Translations under genes and position numbers: made by a program
Source: Vampirovibrionaceae bacterium NZW_1234
GTDB taxonomy: Bacteria > Cyanobacteriota > Vampirovibrionia > Vampirovibrionales > JAGQHJ01
Direction: 5' to 3'
DNA length: 64,000 bases
NCBI GenBank assembly: GCA_041697335.1
Contig: JBGUGD010000009.1
Location: 32,001 to 96,000 of the forward strand
Part shown: piece by piece, positions 39,973 through 49,055 of the stretch
Position numbering within the stretch: position 1 is the first letter of the stretch
Layout: every line of letters begins with the position of its first letter
Notes under the pieces: model-generated
The model's database searches: none
What the model saw: the letters and a program-made list of their open reading frames with translations, nothing else
What the model was told of the DNA's origin: nothing

Positions 39973-41286
39973 TTAGACGTCCAGCCGGGTGTGCTTGAAC
40001 GCCGTGGCGTTTTCGCCCACATAGTCGCTGACCCGTTGGCCGTCCCCGCGAAGCTTGTACTTGTAAATCACCAATCCCTCTAGACCCACCGGACCTCGGG
40101 CATGGGTTTTGGCAGTGCTGATACCGATTTCAGCACCAAACCCAAAGCGAAACCCGTCGGCAAAGCGAGTGGAGGCGTTGGCAAACACGCAGGCCGAATC
40201 AATGTGGTTGAGGAACTGCTCAATCACCGCTGGATCCTGGGCCAGAATGCTGTCGGTATGATGCGAGCCGTAGGTGTTGATGTGGTCAATGGCTTCGGCA
40301 ATGCCGGACACGACTTTGACGGCAAGCGTCAAGTCGCCGTATTCCGTGCGCCAATCGTCAACCGTGGCGGTGTCGATGGACTCGATATAGGTGCGGCTGC
40401 GATCACAACCGCGTAACTGAATGCCCACCACGCTGGCCGCCAGATAGAACAGTGGCAGGAACTTGGGTGCAATCTCGGCATCAACCAGGAGGGTTTCAAG
40501 TGCATTGCATGCAGCCGGATACTGGGCTTTGGCATCAATCACGATGTCCACGGCCTTGGACAGGGCAGCGCTGGTATGAATATACATGTGGCACACACCA
40601 TCGGCATGACCCATCACAGGGATCTTGGTCGAGGCCATAATGGACTGGACCAACTGATTGGACCCGCGGGGAATGACCAGATCGACATACTGATGGTAGG
40701 CCAGCATTTCCTGAACCGCTTCCCGGCTGTCCAGCAGTTGGGCCCAGGCCTGGGGCAGAAACTCGAACTGTGGCGTCACCTCACGCACCAGCTGCATAAA
40801 GGCGTGGTTGGAGTGATGCGCTTCCTTGCCGCCTTTCAGGACCACGGCGTTACCACTCTTCAAAGTCAAGGAGAGGATCTGGGGAATCACATCCGGGCGG
40901 GATTCGAAGATGATGCCGATCACCCCGATGGGGACTGACACCTTCTCCAACACCAGGTTGTCATCCAGAAGCGTACGGGATTGCACCTGTCCGGCAGGGT
41001 CGGCGAGCTGAATGACGTCGCGGATACCCTGGACCAGCTGGCGGAGCTTGCTTTCATCCAGCTTCAGGCGTTGATACAGACTCGGGGCAATCTTGCCCTC
41101 CTGCTCGGCCAGATCCTTGGCATTGGCTGCCAGCAGCATGGGGATGTTGGCGTCAATGGCCGATGCAAAGGCTTCCAGAACCTGGTTCTTCTGGTCCGTG
41201 GTCAACGTGGCCAGCTGATAGGAAGCTTCCCGACTGGCGCGCAGCAAGGGTTCAATGGCGGGGGCGTGAGATTGGGGCAGGTTCAT
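39973..41286 (-). CDS. proA: Gamma-glutamyl phosphate reductase
   Basis: GVIGIIFESRP, KSGNAVVLKGGKEA, IPRGS, CNALETLL, NASTRFADG..FG.GAEIGIST.KTHARGPVGL. Confidence 0.97.
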   Translation of the reverse strand: MNLPQSHAPAIEPLLRASREASYQLATLTTDQKNQVLEAFASAIDANIPMLLAANAKDLAEQEGKIAPSLYQRLKLDESKLRQLVQGIRDVIQLADPAGQVQSRTLLDDNLVLEKVSVPIGVIGIIFESRPDVIPQILSLTLKSGNAVVLKGGKEAHHSNHAFMQLVREVTPQFEFLPQAWAQLLDSREAVQEMLAYHQYVDLVIPRGSNQLVQSIMASTKIPVMGHADGVCHMYIHTSAALSKAVDIVIDAKAQYPAACNALETLLVDAEIAPKFLPLFYLAASVVGIQLRGCDRSRTYIESIDTATVDDWRTEYGDLTLAVKVVSGIAEAIDHINTYGSHHTDSILAQDPAVIEQFLNHIDSACVFANASTRFADGFRFGFGAEIGISTAKTHARGPVGLEGLVIYKYKLRGDGQRVSDYVGENATAFKHTRLDV

Positions 41287-42443
41287 GAGAGTGGCTCCAG
41301 ATAGTCTTGATAAATGACCAGGTTGTCCCGATGGATGACTTCGTCGCTTTCGGCTGCAGGCAAAATGCCAGGTATTTCCCGGCTTTGGAGGCCCTGAATC
41401 TTGCGGGTGTCCTCGGCGCTGAAGTTGGCGAGACCACGACCGATTTCGTCTCCCTCCGGGGTCTGGATGCTGACGACCTGACGGGCCTGAAAATCCCCTT
41501 GGACCTGGGTGATGCCGCTGGGCAACAGACTCGCATGGCGGTTAATCAGGGCGGCTTTGGCCCCGTCATTAATGACAATCACGCCGCTGTATCCGGAGGC
41601 CAGTCCCAGCCAGCGCTTCTTTCCGGACATCCCGCCCTGGGCCAGGATCAGGGTGCCCACATCGGTATTGTCGGGGTTAAAGATGCGATGCAGGACATTC
41701 GGTTGGGTGCCCGAGGTAATCAGGGTATGAACGCCACTGATGGCGGCCATTTTGGCGGCTTCGATTTTGGAGGCCATGCCGCCTCGTCCCATTGTCGATT
41801 TGCCGTTGGTTTCAATGGCCTTGAGCGGCTCAAAGCCCTCGATTAAACGGAGCTTCTCGGCATTGGGGTTAAGGCTGGGGTTCTCCGTGTAGATGCCATC
41901 CACATTGGTCAGGATAATCAGGAGATCCGCGCCAAGCTTGCCGGCCACAATCGCCGAGAGCTTGTCGTTGTCGCCAAAGCTGCTGGTCTGGTTCTCTTTC
42001 AGCTCCGCTGTGGAGACGGTGTCGTTCTCGTTGATGATGGGGACAACCCGGTAATCCAGAAGGGTTTCCAGGGTGTCACGCAAATTCAGATAGCGTTGGC
42101 GGTCCTCGAAATCCAGGGAGGTGAGCAGAAGCTGGGCCGTCACCAACTGGTATCGGGAGAAAAGCTCCCGATAGATGTCCATCAGCAGATTCTGCCCCAC
42201 CGCGGCACATGCCTGCTTTTGAGACAGGCTTAGGGGGGCATGACCCAGTTTCAACGCTTGTCGCCCCAGGCCTACGGCACCGGAAGAGACAATCAAGATT
42301 GACTTGCCCAGGGCCACCAGTGCGGCACACTCTTCCACCAATGCCGCCAGACGGGCATAGGCCAGTGACCCATCTTCCTGAACCAGAATCTGGGTGCCCA
42401 ATTTGATGACAATGCGGTTGGCCTGGTGTAGTTTCTCGTGCAT
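41283..42443 (-). CDS. proB: Glutamate 5-kinase with PUA domain
   Basis: VIKLGT, VSSGAV, PIINENDTV, FGDNDKLSA, GGMASK; overlaps proA start. Confidence 0.97.
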   Translation of the reverse strand: MHEKLHQANRIVIKLGTQILVQEDGSLAYARLAALVEECAALVALGKSILIVSSGAVGLGRQALKLGHAPLSLSQKQACAAVGQNLLMDIYRELFSRYQLVTAQLLLTSLDFEDRQRYLNLRDTLETLLDYRVVPIINENDTVSTAELKENQTSSFGDNDKLSAIVAGKLGADLLIILTNVDGIYTENPSLNPNAEKLRLIEGFEPLKAIETNGKSTMGRGGMASKIEAAKMAAISGVHTLITSGTQPNVLHRIFNPDNTDVGTLILAQGGMSGKKRWLGLASGYSGVIVINDGAKAALINRHASLLPSGITQVQGDFQARQVVSIQTPEGDEIGRGLANFSAEDTRKIQGLQSREIPGILPAAESDEVIHRDNLVIYQDYLEPLS

Positions 42444-42631
42444 CAGGGGTTGGTGTCGGGGGGTTGAGGGACCGTTTGATTGCTATCAGTATATCAGGAA
42501 TCCGCCCAAGCGAGCGTCATGGGTCCGGCAAATACATGCACGACAGACGTGAGGGCCTTCGGAGGGTTGGGTTTAGAGTTGCCTGAAATATGGTATAGTG
42601 AGCCTATACGGGTGATTTGAGGCAACAACCG

Positions 42632-43414
42632 ATGTTGAGACACATGGTGCATTGCGCACTGGCCATGGGCATAATCTGGGGTTTGAGTGGGGGAGCGGTC
42701 CCGTTGGCCGAGGCCAAGGCACCATGGCAAGAGGCCCAGGCGAAGGCGGAGCAACTGGATCTTGATGGGTTGAGCGAGAAAGCCGTGGCCCTGTATCAGG
42801 CGACTCTGCGGGAATACGAGTCCAAGGATGCAGAAACAGAGCCTAAGAGCGAATTCCTGTCGATGTATATCAGTCTGGCCTATCTGCTGGAGCAGATGGG
42901 ACGCCCAGCGGAAGCCATTCAAGTCTATGACCGGGGCATCGCCTTTGCCGAAAAGCACCAGCTGACCGAAGGCATTGGCCTGATGCAAATGGCCAGCGAT
43001 ACCTATGGCGACTTGGGCGACAAAGCCAACCAGATTGCCTATTGGGAGCGTTCGCTGGTTTGGGAGGAAAGCGAAATGGGCGCAGCGCATCACACCGTCG
43101 GCAATGACCAGAAGCGTCTGGCTCGTCTCTATAAAGAGGACAATCAGTGGGAGAAGTATGAAGCCCTTCTTAAAAAGATGATTCTCGTACGTCAGGGCCT
43201 CCAGGATGCCAACCGGATTTCCGTTGTCGGTCCCTTGATTGATTTGGCAGAACTCTATAGCCAGCGCCAGGATACCGTCTTGGCCCGTCAGTATTACGAA
43301 GAGGCGATAAAAGCCATTCACAAGGCCAAAGAAGACTATCCCGACGATATTCGGACCGAGATGATTCTGCCGTATGAAGCCACCGTACAAGAGGCCCTGG
43401 CGAAATTGCCCTAG
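42632..43414 (+). CDS. Exported tetratricopeptide-repeat protein
   Basis: Signal peptide (..LAEA); TPR-like helices (LAYLLEQMGRPAEAIQVYDRGI; LAELYSQRQDTVLARQYYEEAI). ORF opens at 42617. Confidence 0.75.
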   Translation: MLRHMVHCALAMGIIWGLSGGAVPLAEAKAPWQEAQAKAEQLDLDGLSEKAVALYQATLREYESKDAETEPKSEFLSMYISLAYLLEQMGRPAEAIQVYDRGIAFAEKHQLTEGIGLMQMASDTYGDLGDKANQIAYWERSLVWEESEMGAAHHTVGNDQKRLARLYKEDNQWEKYEALLKKMILVRQGLQDANRISVVGPLIDLAELYSQRQDTVLARQYYEEAIKAIHKAKEDYPDDIRTEMILPYEATVQEALAKLP

Positions 43415-43527
43415 ACTTGCCTTCAATCGCTCAATTCGGTCTCGGTTGATGGTATTGACGCTGTGATCTCAAAGCGGCGTTGCTTGTTTCCATGTTAATA
43501 AGGAATTAATGCATCTTTTCTTGCATG

Positions 43528-43539
43528 ATTGTTTTTATA
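43528..43539 (+). promoter_or_regulatory. ATTGTTTTTATA element
   Basis: Identical 12-mer to those at 16030, 18117 and 59633; 79 nt before the RBS-supported start at 43618. Confidence 0.5.
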
Positions 43540-43617
43540 ACTAAACAAGGGAGCCATCAGGTTCCCCAAAAACAGAGCGATATGACGTACATTGCTTCAT
43601 ACGGGAGGAATCGTAGG

Positions 43618-43956
43618 ATGGGTGATCTGGATCCGGCAAGTTACGTGCCGCAAGGCGTTAAAGATTATGGAAACCGGGTGCTCAATGGGGGCTCGCTTGA
43701 AAAACGGGCTGCTGAAACCAGTGCCTATGTTGCCAGTAATCCGGGTTTCCTGGATAAGAACTTTGGCAAAGCCGGGTATCAGCTGTCTCGTGCGGGGCAT
43801 GACCCGGTTTGGGCCGCCGGTCGTTCGGCCGAATATCTCTATGACAAAGGCGAGTCCGCCGTCCGGACAGTGGCAGAAACCGGCAACAATATCACCAACA
43901 GTTTCGGCAAAGGGGTGATGAATGCCGTGGATACCATATCAGGCTGGTTCCGCTAA
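43618..43956 (+). CDS. Hypothetical protein (112 aa)
   Basis: GGAGG RBS 9 nt before ATG 43618, in frame with ORF 43525. Confidence 0.6.
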   Translation: MGDLDPASYVPQGVKDYGNRVLNGGSLEKRAAETSAYVASNPGFLDKNFGKAGYQLSRAGHDPVWAAGRSAEYLYDKGESAVRTVAETGNNITNSFGKGVMNAVDTISGWFR

Positions 43957-43973
43957 TTAAGCCCGCCAGAGCT

Positions 43974-44825
43974 TTAGCGGCCTGTCTTTTTCGGCACTCG
44001 ATAGCTCCCTTCCATGGCACCGTAGTCCACTCGGATCCCCTGGATTCGATTACCCAAATGCCGAAACACCGGGAGAAATTCAAGAAGGCCATTTAGCGAG
44101 AGGATTCTCGCCAGAGTGCCGGGATCATCGCAGAATTTAAGGCCCACCTCATTTAAACGATAAGGTTTTTCCTGTTTCCGCCGGGCCAGGTCAACCCGAT
44201 GATCCACCAGTTCTGTGAGCTGCCAGCCTTTGCCCGGGTTGCCGACATGGTAGCGGGCAATATCCCAGACGGGTTTGTTCCTTAGAAAGAGCCCAACGGC
44301 CCCTTCTCTATAGGGATTATTGTCCAGTTGTGCCGCATAGATGGCCTGATCAACCGCTTCGCCCCAAGGGTTATCCCCGGCTTGCAAGGCTTGCAGGAAT
44401 AACTCCCGCCTCATCTTTCGCTCCACTTCCTGTTTCGGTCGGAAAATCTTCAAGGCATAGTCCTTGGAGCGGGTTGAAAGCTTATAAATATGGCCAAACC
44501 CGCCTTTGCCCAAGTGCCACAGGGTAACCGGCTGATCGCTCAACCGGGCGGTCATCTGCCAGGGCCGCCGTTGGTTTAATGTATCCGCAAGGGTATCGAT
44601 GGCTTCCAATGTTCGACGATCCGCTTCCGGTGACTGTGTAGAGGAGGCAAGATCTTCAGGGAGTTCTCCCAAGTAAGGATCCTGCTCCTTTTCAATGTCG
44701 TGTTTGAGAGTGCTTTCCAGCTCATATCCCATCATCAGACGTTTTTCTGCTGCCTGGGTGGCTTGTACACCCTGAAACCGCAGGCGATAATCACAAGCGG
44801 AGAAAGAAGACACGGATACTGTCAT
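43974..44825 (-). CDS. Minimal protein-kinase-like protein (N-terminal LRFQG motif)
   Basis: LGKGGFGHIY Gly-loop, YALKIF Lys, REG helix-C Glu candidate, LTELVD hinge, GN...VDYG (DFG-like). Confidence 0.65.
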   Translation of the reverse strand: MTVSVSSFSACDYRLRFQGVQATQAAEKRLMMGYELESTLKHDIEKEQDPYLGELPEDLASSTQSPEADRRTLEAIDTLADTLNQRRPWQMTARLSDQPVTLWHLGKGGFGHIYKLSTRSKDYALKIFRPKQEVERKMRRELFLQALQAGDNPWGEAVDQAIYAAQLDNNPYREGAVGLFLRNKPVWDIARYHVGNPGKGWQLTELVDHRVDLARRKQEKPYRLNEVGLKFCDDPGTLARILSLNGLLEFLPVFRHLGNRIQGIRVDYGAMEGSYRVPKKTGR

Positions 44826-45085
44826 ATCAACCCAACCTCAGTTCCTGATTAACCCAGGTTGTTATAAAGAAGGCTCAAGATGAATTTGTGTCAGAGTATG
44901 ACGTTTTATATCGTCCTGGAGGAGATCTTGTCTCTCATCGCGCTGAAACTTCTGTCTTAATCTTTTCTTTCCAGGTCTTAAATTAGTCTTAAGCTTGATT
45001 AAACACTATCACAAGGATCGCGAGAGAGGGTTTTATGCCCATGTCTCCGGGAATGATTTGTGAGAAGGACCTTATTGGAGGACAT

Positions 45086-45919
45086 ATGGCGATCGATGTG
45101 AATCAACGTGCGGCAGCACAGTTTATGAACCCTCTCTGGAACCCTGCCGCCAATGCCAATCAAAAAGGTGGTGTTAATAGTATTGATGCCGGGAATGTTG
45201 CTGCTGCCAATGGTGGTGTGAAGCCCCAGGCCGGTGATCCCAGCAATCCGGATACGTCCAAACCCAATTTAACCGCGTCCATGTTTGACAAAGGCCATGG
45301 CAATGAGTGCGGTCATTGCACGTCGGCGGCCAAAATTGCCTTTGTGAACAAAAATGGTCGCGAGCCCCAAACGGCTGAAGAAGTGGAACAGGCCGAACAG
45401 GAAGCTGACAAGGAAGCCGAACTGGATGCCGAAGACAAGCGCATTAACGATGAAGTGATGACCCACGAGATGGCCCATGCCTCCACGGCAGGGGAAGACG
45501 GGGGTGCCATTGTCATTGACAAAAAAGCGGATCACAAAGCCGGGGTCCGTGGGGCAGCCGGGCACGTACCGGTCAAAGTCAAGGATCTGGATCCCAGTAA
45601 TCCGGAAGCCGCAAAAGCTAGTGCCGACAGGGTTCGTCGGGCGGCTTTGGCCCCGGGTGAACCGTCCGGTCAGGATTATGCTGTTGCCGCCATGGCCAGC
45701 CAAAAGTTGGCCCAGGCCAATGATGCTGTCAGCAAGAAACAGCAGCGCGAGCGCCAACAGAAGGACAATCCCGAGACGGCCCAGCAGCCCGGCCGTTTTA
45801 ATCCCAACGGTAATGCCGTTGCCAATGCCGGGACGCCCAAGGCCAATCCTTTCAGCGGTTCTGGTCAGAACCCATCGGGCAATGGGAACCCCTTTGCCAA
45901 TCGCTCGATGAGCGCCTAA
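45086..45919 (+). CDS. SprA-related putative metalloprotease
   Basis: D.EV.THEMAH, GHVPV, VRRAALAPGEPSGQDYAVAA motifs; GGAGG RBS before 45086. Confidence 0.8.
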   Translation: MAIDVNQRAAAQFMNPLWNPAANANQKGGVNSIDAGNVAAANGGVKPQAGDPSNPDTSKPNLTASMFDKGHGNECGHCTSAAKIAFVNKNGREPQTAEEVEQAEQEADKEAELDAEDKRINDEVMTHEMAHASTAGEDGGAIVIDKKADHKAGVRGAAGHVPVKVKDLDPSNPEAAKASADRVRRAALAPGEPSGQDYAVAAMASQKLAQANDAVSKKQQRERQQKDNPETAQQPGRFNPNGNAVANAGTPKANPFSGSGQNPSGNGNPFANRSMSA

Positions 45920-45939
45920 TAGTCGATATTAAGATTGAC

Positions 45940-45974
45940 AAACAGGCGTGATTCCAGAGAATCACGCCTGTTTT
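45940..45974. terminator. Bidirectional intrinsic terminator
   Basis: AAACAGGCGTGATTC / GAATCACGCCTGTTTT between convergent genes. Confidence 0.85.
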
Positions 45975-46008
45975 CTAGATTTGATACCTGCGTTGCCGGG
46001 ATGACGGG

Positions 46009-46503
46009 TTAAAAATTGCGCTTAAGGCCGTATCGGGTGTCTCGGCTCGGACGTTCAGGTTGCTTAAGCTTGATTTCCTGGGGTTGGGGTTTGCCTGGAG
46101 AGGGGGGGGACTTCAGCTGTGGTTCTTCAGGGGTGTTCTGAATCACCTCTTCGATTTTGGTGATTAATTCGGATTCACACTTCATACAGTGGGTGGCTTG
46201 CTTGAAGTAGACGGTGGCCCCGCACTGTTTACAGGTGCGTTTCTCTTCCTGCTGCGGAGGCTGAACATCCAGCTTGCATTCGTGATACAGCATCGTGACA
46301 TACAGTGCTTGGGTATCAGCGCCCTCTGCGATCTGGCTGGCGTGCTGTTCCACGGACAATGAGGGATTATTGCGCATAAAGCGTCGAATGCGTTGGCATG
46401 CGCTGTCGCAGTCAATGACGCACTCCCTGCACATGACCGAATAACGCCCTGTCCCTTCCGGGGTAAAGGCTCGTGTACAGGATTCGCAGCGCTTAAACTC
46501 CAT
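46009..46503 (-). CDS. Zinc-ribbon protein resembling flagellar operon protein YvyF
   Basis: CxxC...CxxC, then RIRRFMRNNP...IAEGAD, then second CxxCG...CxxC pair. Confidence 0.6.
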   Translation of the reverse strand: MEFKRCESCTRAFTPEGTGRYSVMCRECVIDCDSACQRIRRFMRNNPSLSVEQHASQIAEGADTQALYVTMLYHECKLDVQPPQQEEKRTCKQCGATVYFKQATHCMKCESELITKIEEVIQNTPEEPQLKSPPSPGKPQPQEIKLKQPERPSRDTRYGLKRNF

Positions 46504-46678
46504 AGGATATCAATTGCCCTGTTATCTCTTAAAATCGGTGCCCAGTGAAACGTCTCTGATGTATCGGACAGTCTGGGTTGGACTTTAGCAATATTGTCGA
46601 TTTGTAACGGGTTATGGATTTGTCTCAAGGGTCCTTCTATAATCCTCTTACGTGCACGTTGTTAAGATTCGGACGGTT

Positions 46679-47464
46679 ATGCATCCTATATTCTTTCATC
46701 TCGGTCCTTTGACGCTTTATGCCTATGGTGCCTTGGTGGCTTTGGGCTTTTTAGTCGGGTCGATTTGGGTGGCTCGCCGTGCACAACGGGCGGGGGAAGA
46801 CGTTGATACGTATTTGCAGTCTATTTTTTGGATTATCATTGCCGGATTTACCGGTGCACGCTTGCTCTATGTGATTTACTATCCCGATGCCTATCTGGCC
46901 GATCCGTTGCGCATGGTGTTGGATCGGGGTGGCCTTGTCTGGTATGGCGGCTTGGTGAGTGCTGTTCTGGCCTCGTTGGTGTTTGTAAAAATCAAGCGGT
47001 TATCGTTGCCTAAGTTTGCCGATATCCTGTCCGCACCGGCGGCGATTGGCTTGGCTATTGGTCGTGTCGGGTGCTTTATGACCGGCTGTTGCTATGGCAA
47101 GCCGACGCATTTGCCATGGGCTGTTCAGTTCCCACCCGGGCACGAAACCCATCCCTTACATGTGCATCCCACCCAGTTGTACGAAAGTCTGGGCTTGCTG
47201 GTGTTAATCATACTCCTGCAATGGGCTTATAAGCACAGTAAAACGCCGGGACTCACTGCATGTCTCTTTTTCGTAGGCTATGGCATCCTCCGTTTTCTCA
47301 TCGAATACCTGCGGGGGGATGTGGTTTTCTGGGTGGCCCATGTGTTGACGGCCTCTCAAGTTTTCAGCCTGGTGGGAATCTTTCTGGGACTTGGGCTAAT
47401 GCTGATGCTGCGCCGCAAGCCCAATTTACCCTCGCTCGGATTGCCCGAGCATCGATCGGCTTAG
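46679..47464 (+). CDS. lgt: Prolipoprotein diacylglyceryl transferase
   Basis: MHPIFF..G, GARLLYV, GGLVWYGG, GRVGCFMTGCCYG, HPTQLYE, RFLIEYLR. Confidence 0.96.
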   Translation: MHPIFFHLGPLTLYAYGALVALGFLVGSIWVARRAQRAGEDVDTYLQSIFWIIIAGFTGARLLYVIYYPDAYLADPLRMVLDRGGLVWYGGLVSAVLASLVFVKIKRLSLPKFADILSAPAAIGLAIGRVGCFMTGCCYGKPTHLPWAVQFPPGHETHPLHVHPTQLYESLGLLVLIILLQWAYKHSKTPGLTACLFFVGYGILRFLIEYLRGDVVFWVAHVLTASQVFSLVGIFLGLGLMLMLRRKPNLPSLGLPEHRSA

Positions 47465-47491
47465 GCGTTTATCAGAAAGTAAAAATAACCC

Positions 47492-48127
47492 TTATCCGTG
47501 AAATGCGGATTTTAAGAGCGGTAAAATGCCGTTCAAAACGTACTGCACGCCAATACACAGCAGAATAAAGCCCATAATCCGGGTAAAGGATTTCATCATG
47601 GTAGTGCCCACGCGACGGGCAATAACCTGGGACAGGCGCATGGTGATGTAACAAAGGAAGGTCACCAGGGCAATGACGAGAAAGATGATCAGGTAATGCA
47701 GGCTGGATTTTGCATCGGTGGTCATGCCGATGATGACCGCAATGGCCCCAGGGCCGCTAAGTAAGGGCATGGCCAGGGGTGAAAAGGCAATATCGTCCTT
47801 TTCTGCAGATTCCTGCTGCTCTTCGGGAAGCAAACGATCTTTCTTCTGGAGCATTTCCACGGCCGAGCCCACGATCATCAAGCCGCCCGCGATACGCAGA
47901 CCTTCCAGGGAAATCCCGAAAAACTTGAGAATCAGGCTGCCTGCCAGAAAAAAGACAAGCAGGATACAAAAAACATACAAGCTGGCACGTTTTGCGGTGG
48001 CAACTCGTTGCGCCGGGGAATAGCTGGCCGTGATGGTGGCGTAAACCGGAACCGCCAACAACGGATCCACAATGGAAAAGAGCGACACAAAAGAGCCGAG
48101 GAAAAATAGAAACGCCTCATGGAACAT
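47492..48127 (-). CDS. marC: MarC-family membrane protein
   Basis: LFSIVDP, FFGIS...IAGG, PLAMPLLSGPGAIA, TRIMGFIL. Confidence 0.92.
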   Translation of the reverse strand: MFHEAFLFFLGSFVSLFSIVDPLLAVPVYATITASYSPAQRVATAKRASLYVFCILLVFFLAGSLILKFFGISLEGLRIAGGLMIVGSAVEMLQKKDRLLPEEQQESAEKDDIAFSPLAMPLLSGPGAIAVIIGMTTDAKSSLHYLIIFLVIALVTFLCYITMRLSQVIARRVGTTMMKSFTRIMGFILLCIGVQYVLNGILPLLKSAFHG

Positions 48128-48202
48128 GGCAAACCACCTTTTTGGACGCGAGTTTTGGGAAGCTAGGGACTTTCGTCCATTGTAGCAGAGTTTGCTTATC
48201 GC

Positions 48203-49027
48203 TTAAAGGGCCGCCGCGGTGGTGACGCTTAAAATTTCCTGTTGGATTTTGCCGTTGGATCCCACGACGTCAATGCATCGCTGACTCAAGTCGACTTTAC
48301 GGCCGTATAGGTCAGACACCTGGCCTCCGGCTTGCTCGATCAGAAGAATCCCGGCGGCAATATCCCACGGGGCCAGACGAAGCTCCCAGAAACCGTCCAA
48401 ACGGCCACAGGCAACATAGGCCAAGTCCAATGCGGCCGCACCGGGTCGGCGTATGCCATGGGTTTTGCGCAAAAACTGGGAGTGCAGTTCAATATTGCTC
48501 TTGCTGGCGTCCTGCTCTTTGACGTCATAAGGGAAGCCCGTGGCCAGAAGTGACTTGGACAGGGACTCACACGCACTGACCTGAATGGGGGTGCCGTTTC
48601 GCATGACATCGCCTTTATGGGTGGCGGTAAACATTTCGTTTTTGAAGGGGTCATAGATGACACCGGCCTGTACCTCCCCGTCTTCCACATAGGCAATGGA
48701 TACCGCAAAATGGGGGAAGGCATGGGTGTAATTCGTTGTGCCGTCCAGTGGATCCACAATCCAGGCCCGGGTCAGGTCGATGGTATTGCCGGCCACAAAA
48801 CTTTCTTCGGTGATGAGGGTGTCCTCGGGACATTCTTCGCGAATGACATCCCGAATGAGTTCATCGCACTCGGTATCAACCTGGGTGACCAGATCGGTTT
48901 CGCTGGATTTGGTGCGGATGTTGAGGAGCGTGCCGTAGTGGGCCATAATGACACTGCCGGCCATCCGGGCGGCGCGATGGGCCAAACGAAGTCGACTGTC
49001 GAGGGTCAGGGTCCGAAGTGTTGGCAT
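48203..49027 (-). CDS. suhB: Inositol monophosphatase
   Basis: DLVTQVD, TEES, WIVDPLDGTTNY, GAAALDL, PWDIAAG. Start likely ATG 49027. Confidence 0.93.
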   Translation of the reverse strand: MPTLRTLTLDSRLRLAHRAARMAGSVIMAHYGTLLNIRTKSSETDLVTQVDTECDELIRDVIREECPEDTLITEESFVAGNTIDLTRAWIVDPLDGTTNYTHAFPHFAVSIAYVEDGEVQAGVIYDPFKNEMFTATHKGDVMRNGTPIQVSACESLSKSLLATGFPYDVKEQDASKSNIELHSQFLRKTHGIRRPGAAALDLAYVACGRLDGFWELRLAPWDIAAGILLIEQAGGQVSDLYGRKVDLSQRCIDVVGSNGKIQQEILSVTTAAAL

Positions 49028-49055
49028 CTGTTTATCACCGTATAATAATGAGACT

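Noticed and set aside
42494..43426. 310-aa minus-strand ORF
   Set aside because: Antisense to the TPR gene, which has a signal peptide and repeat pattern.
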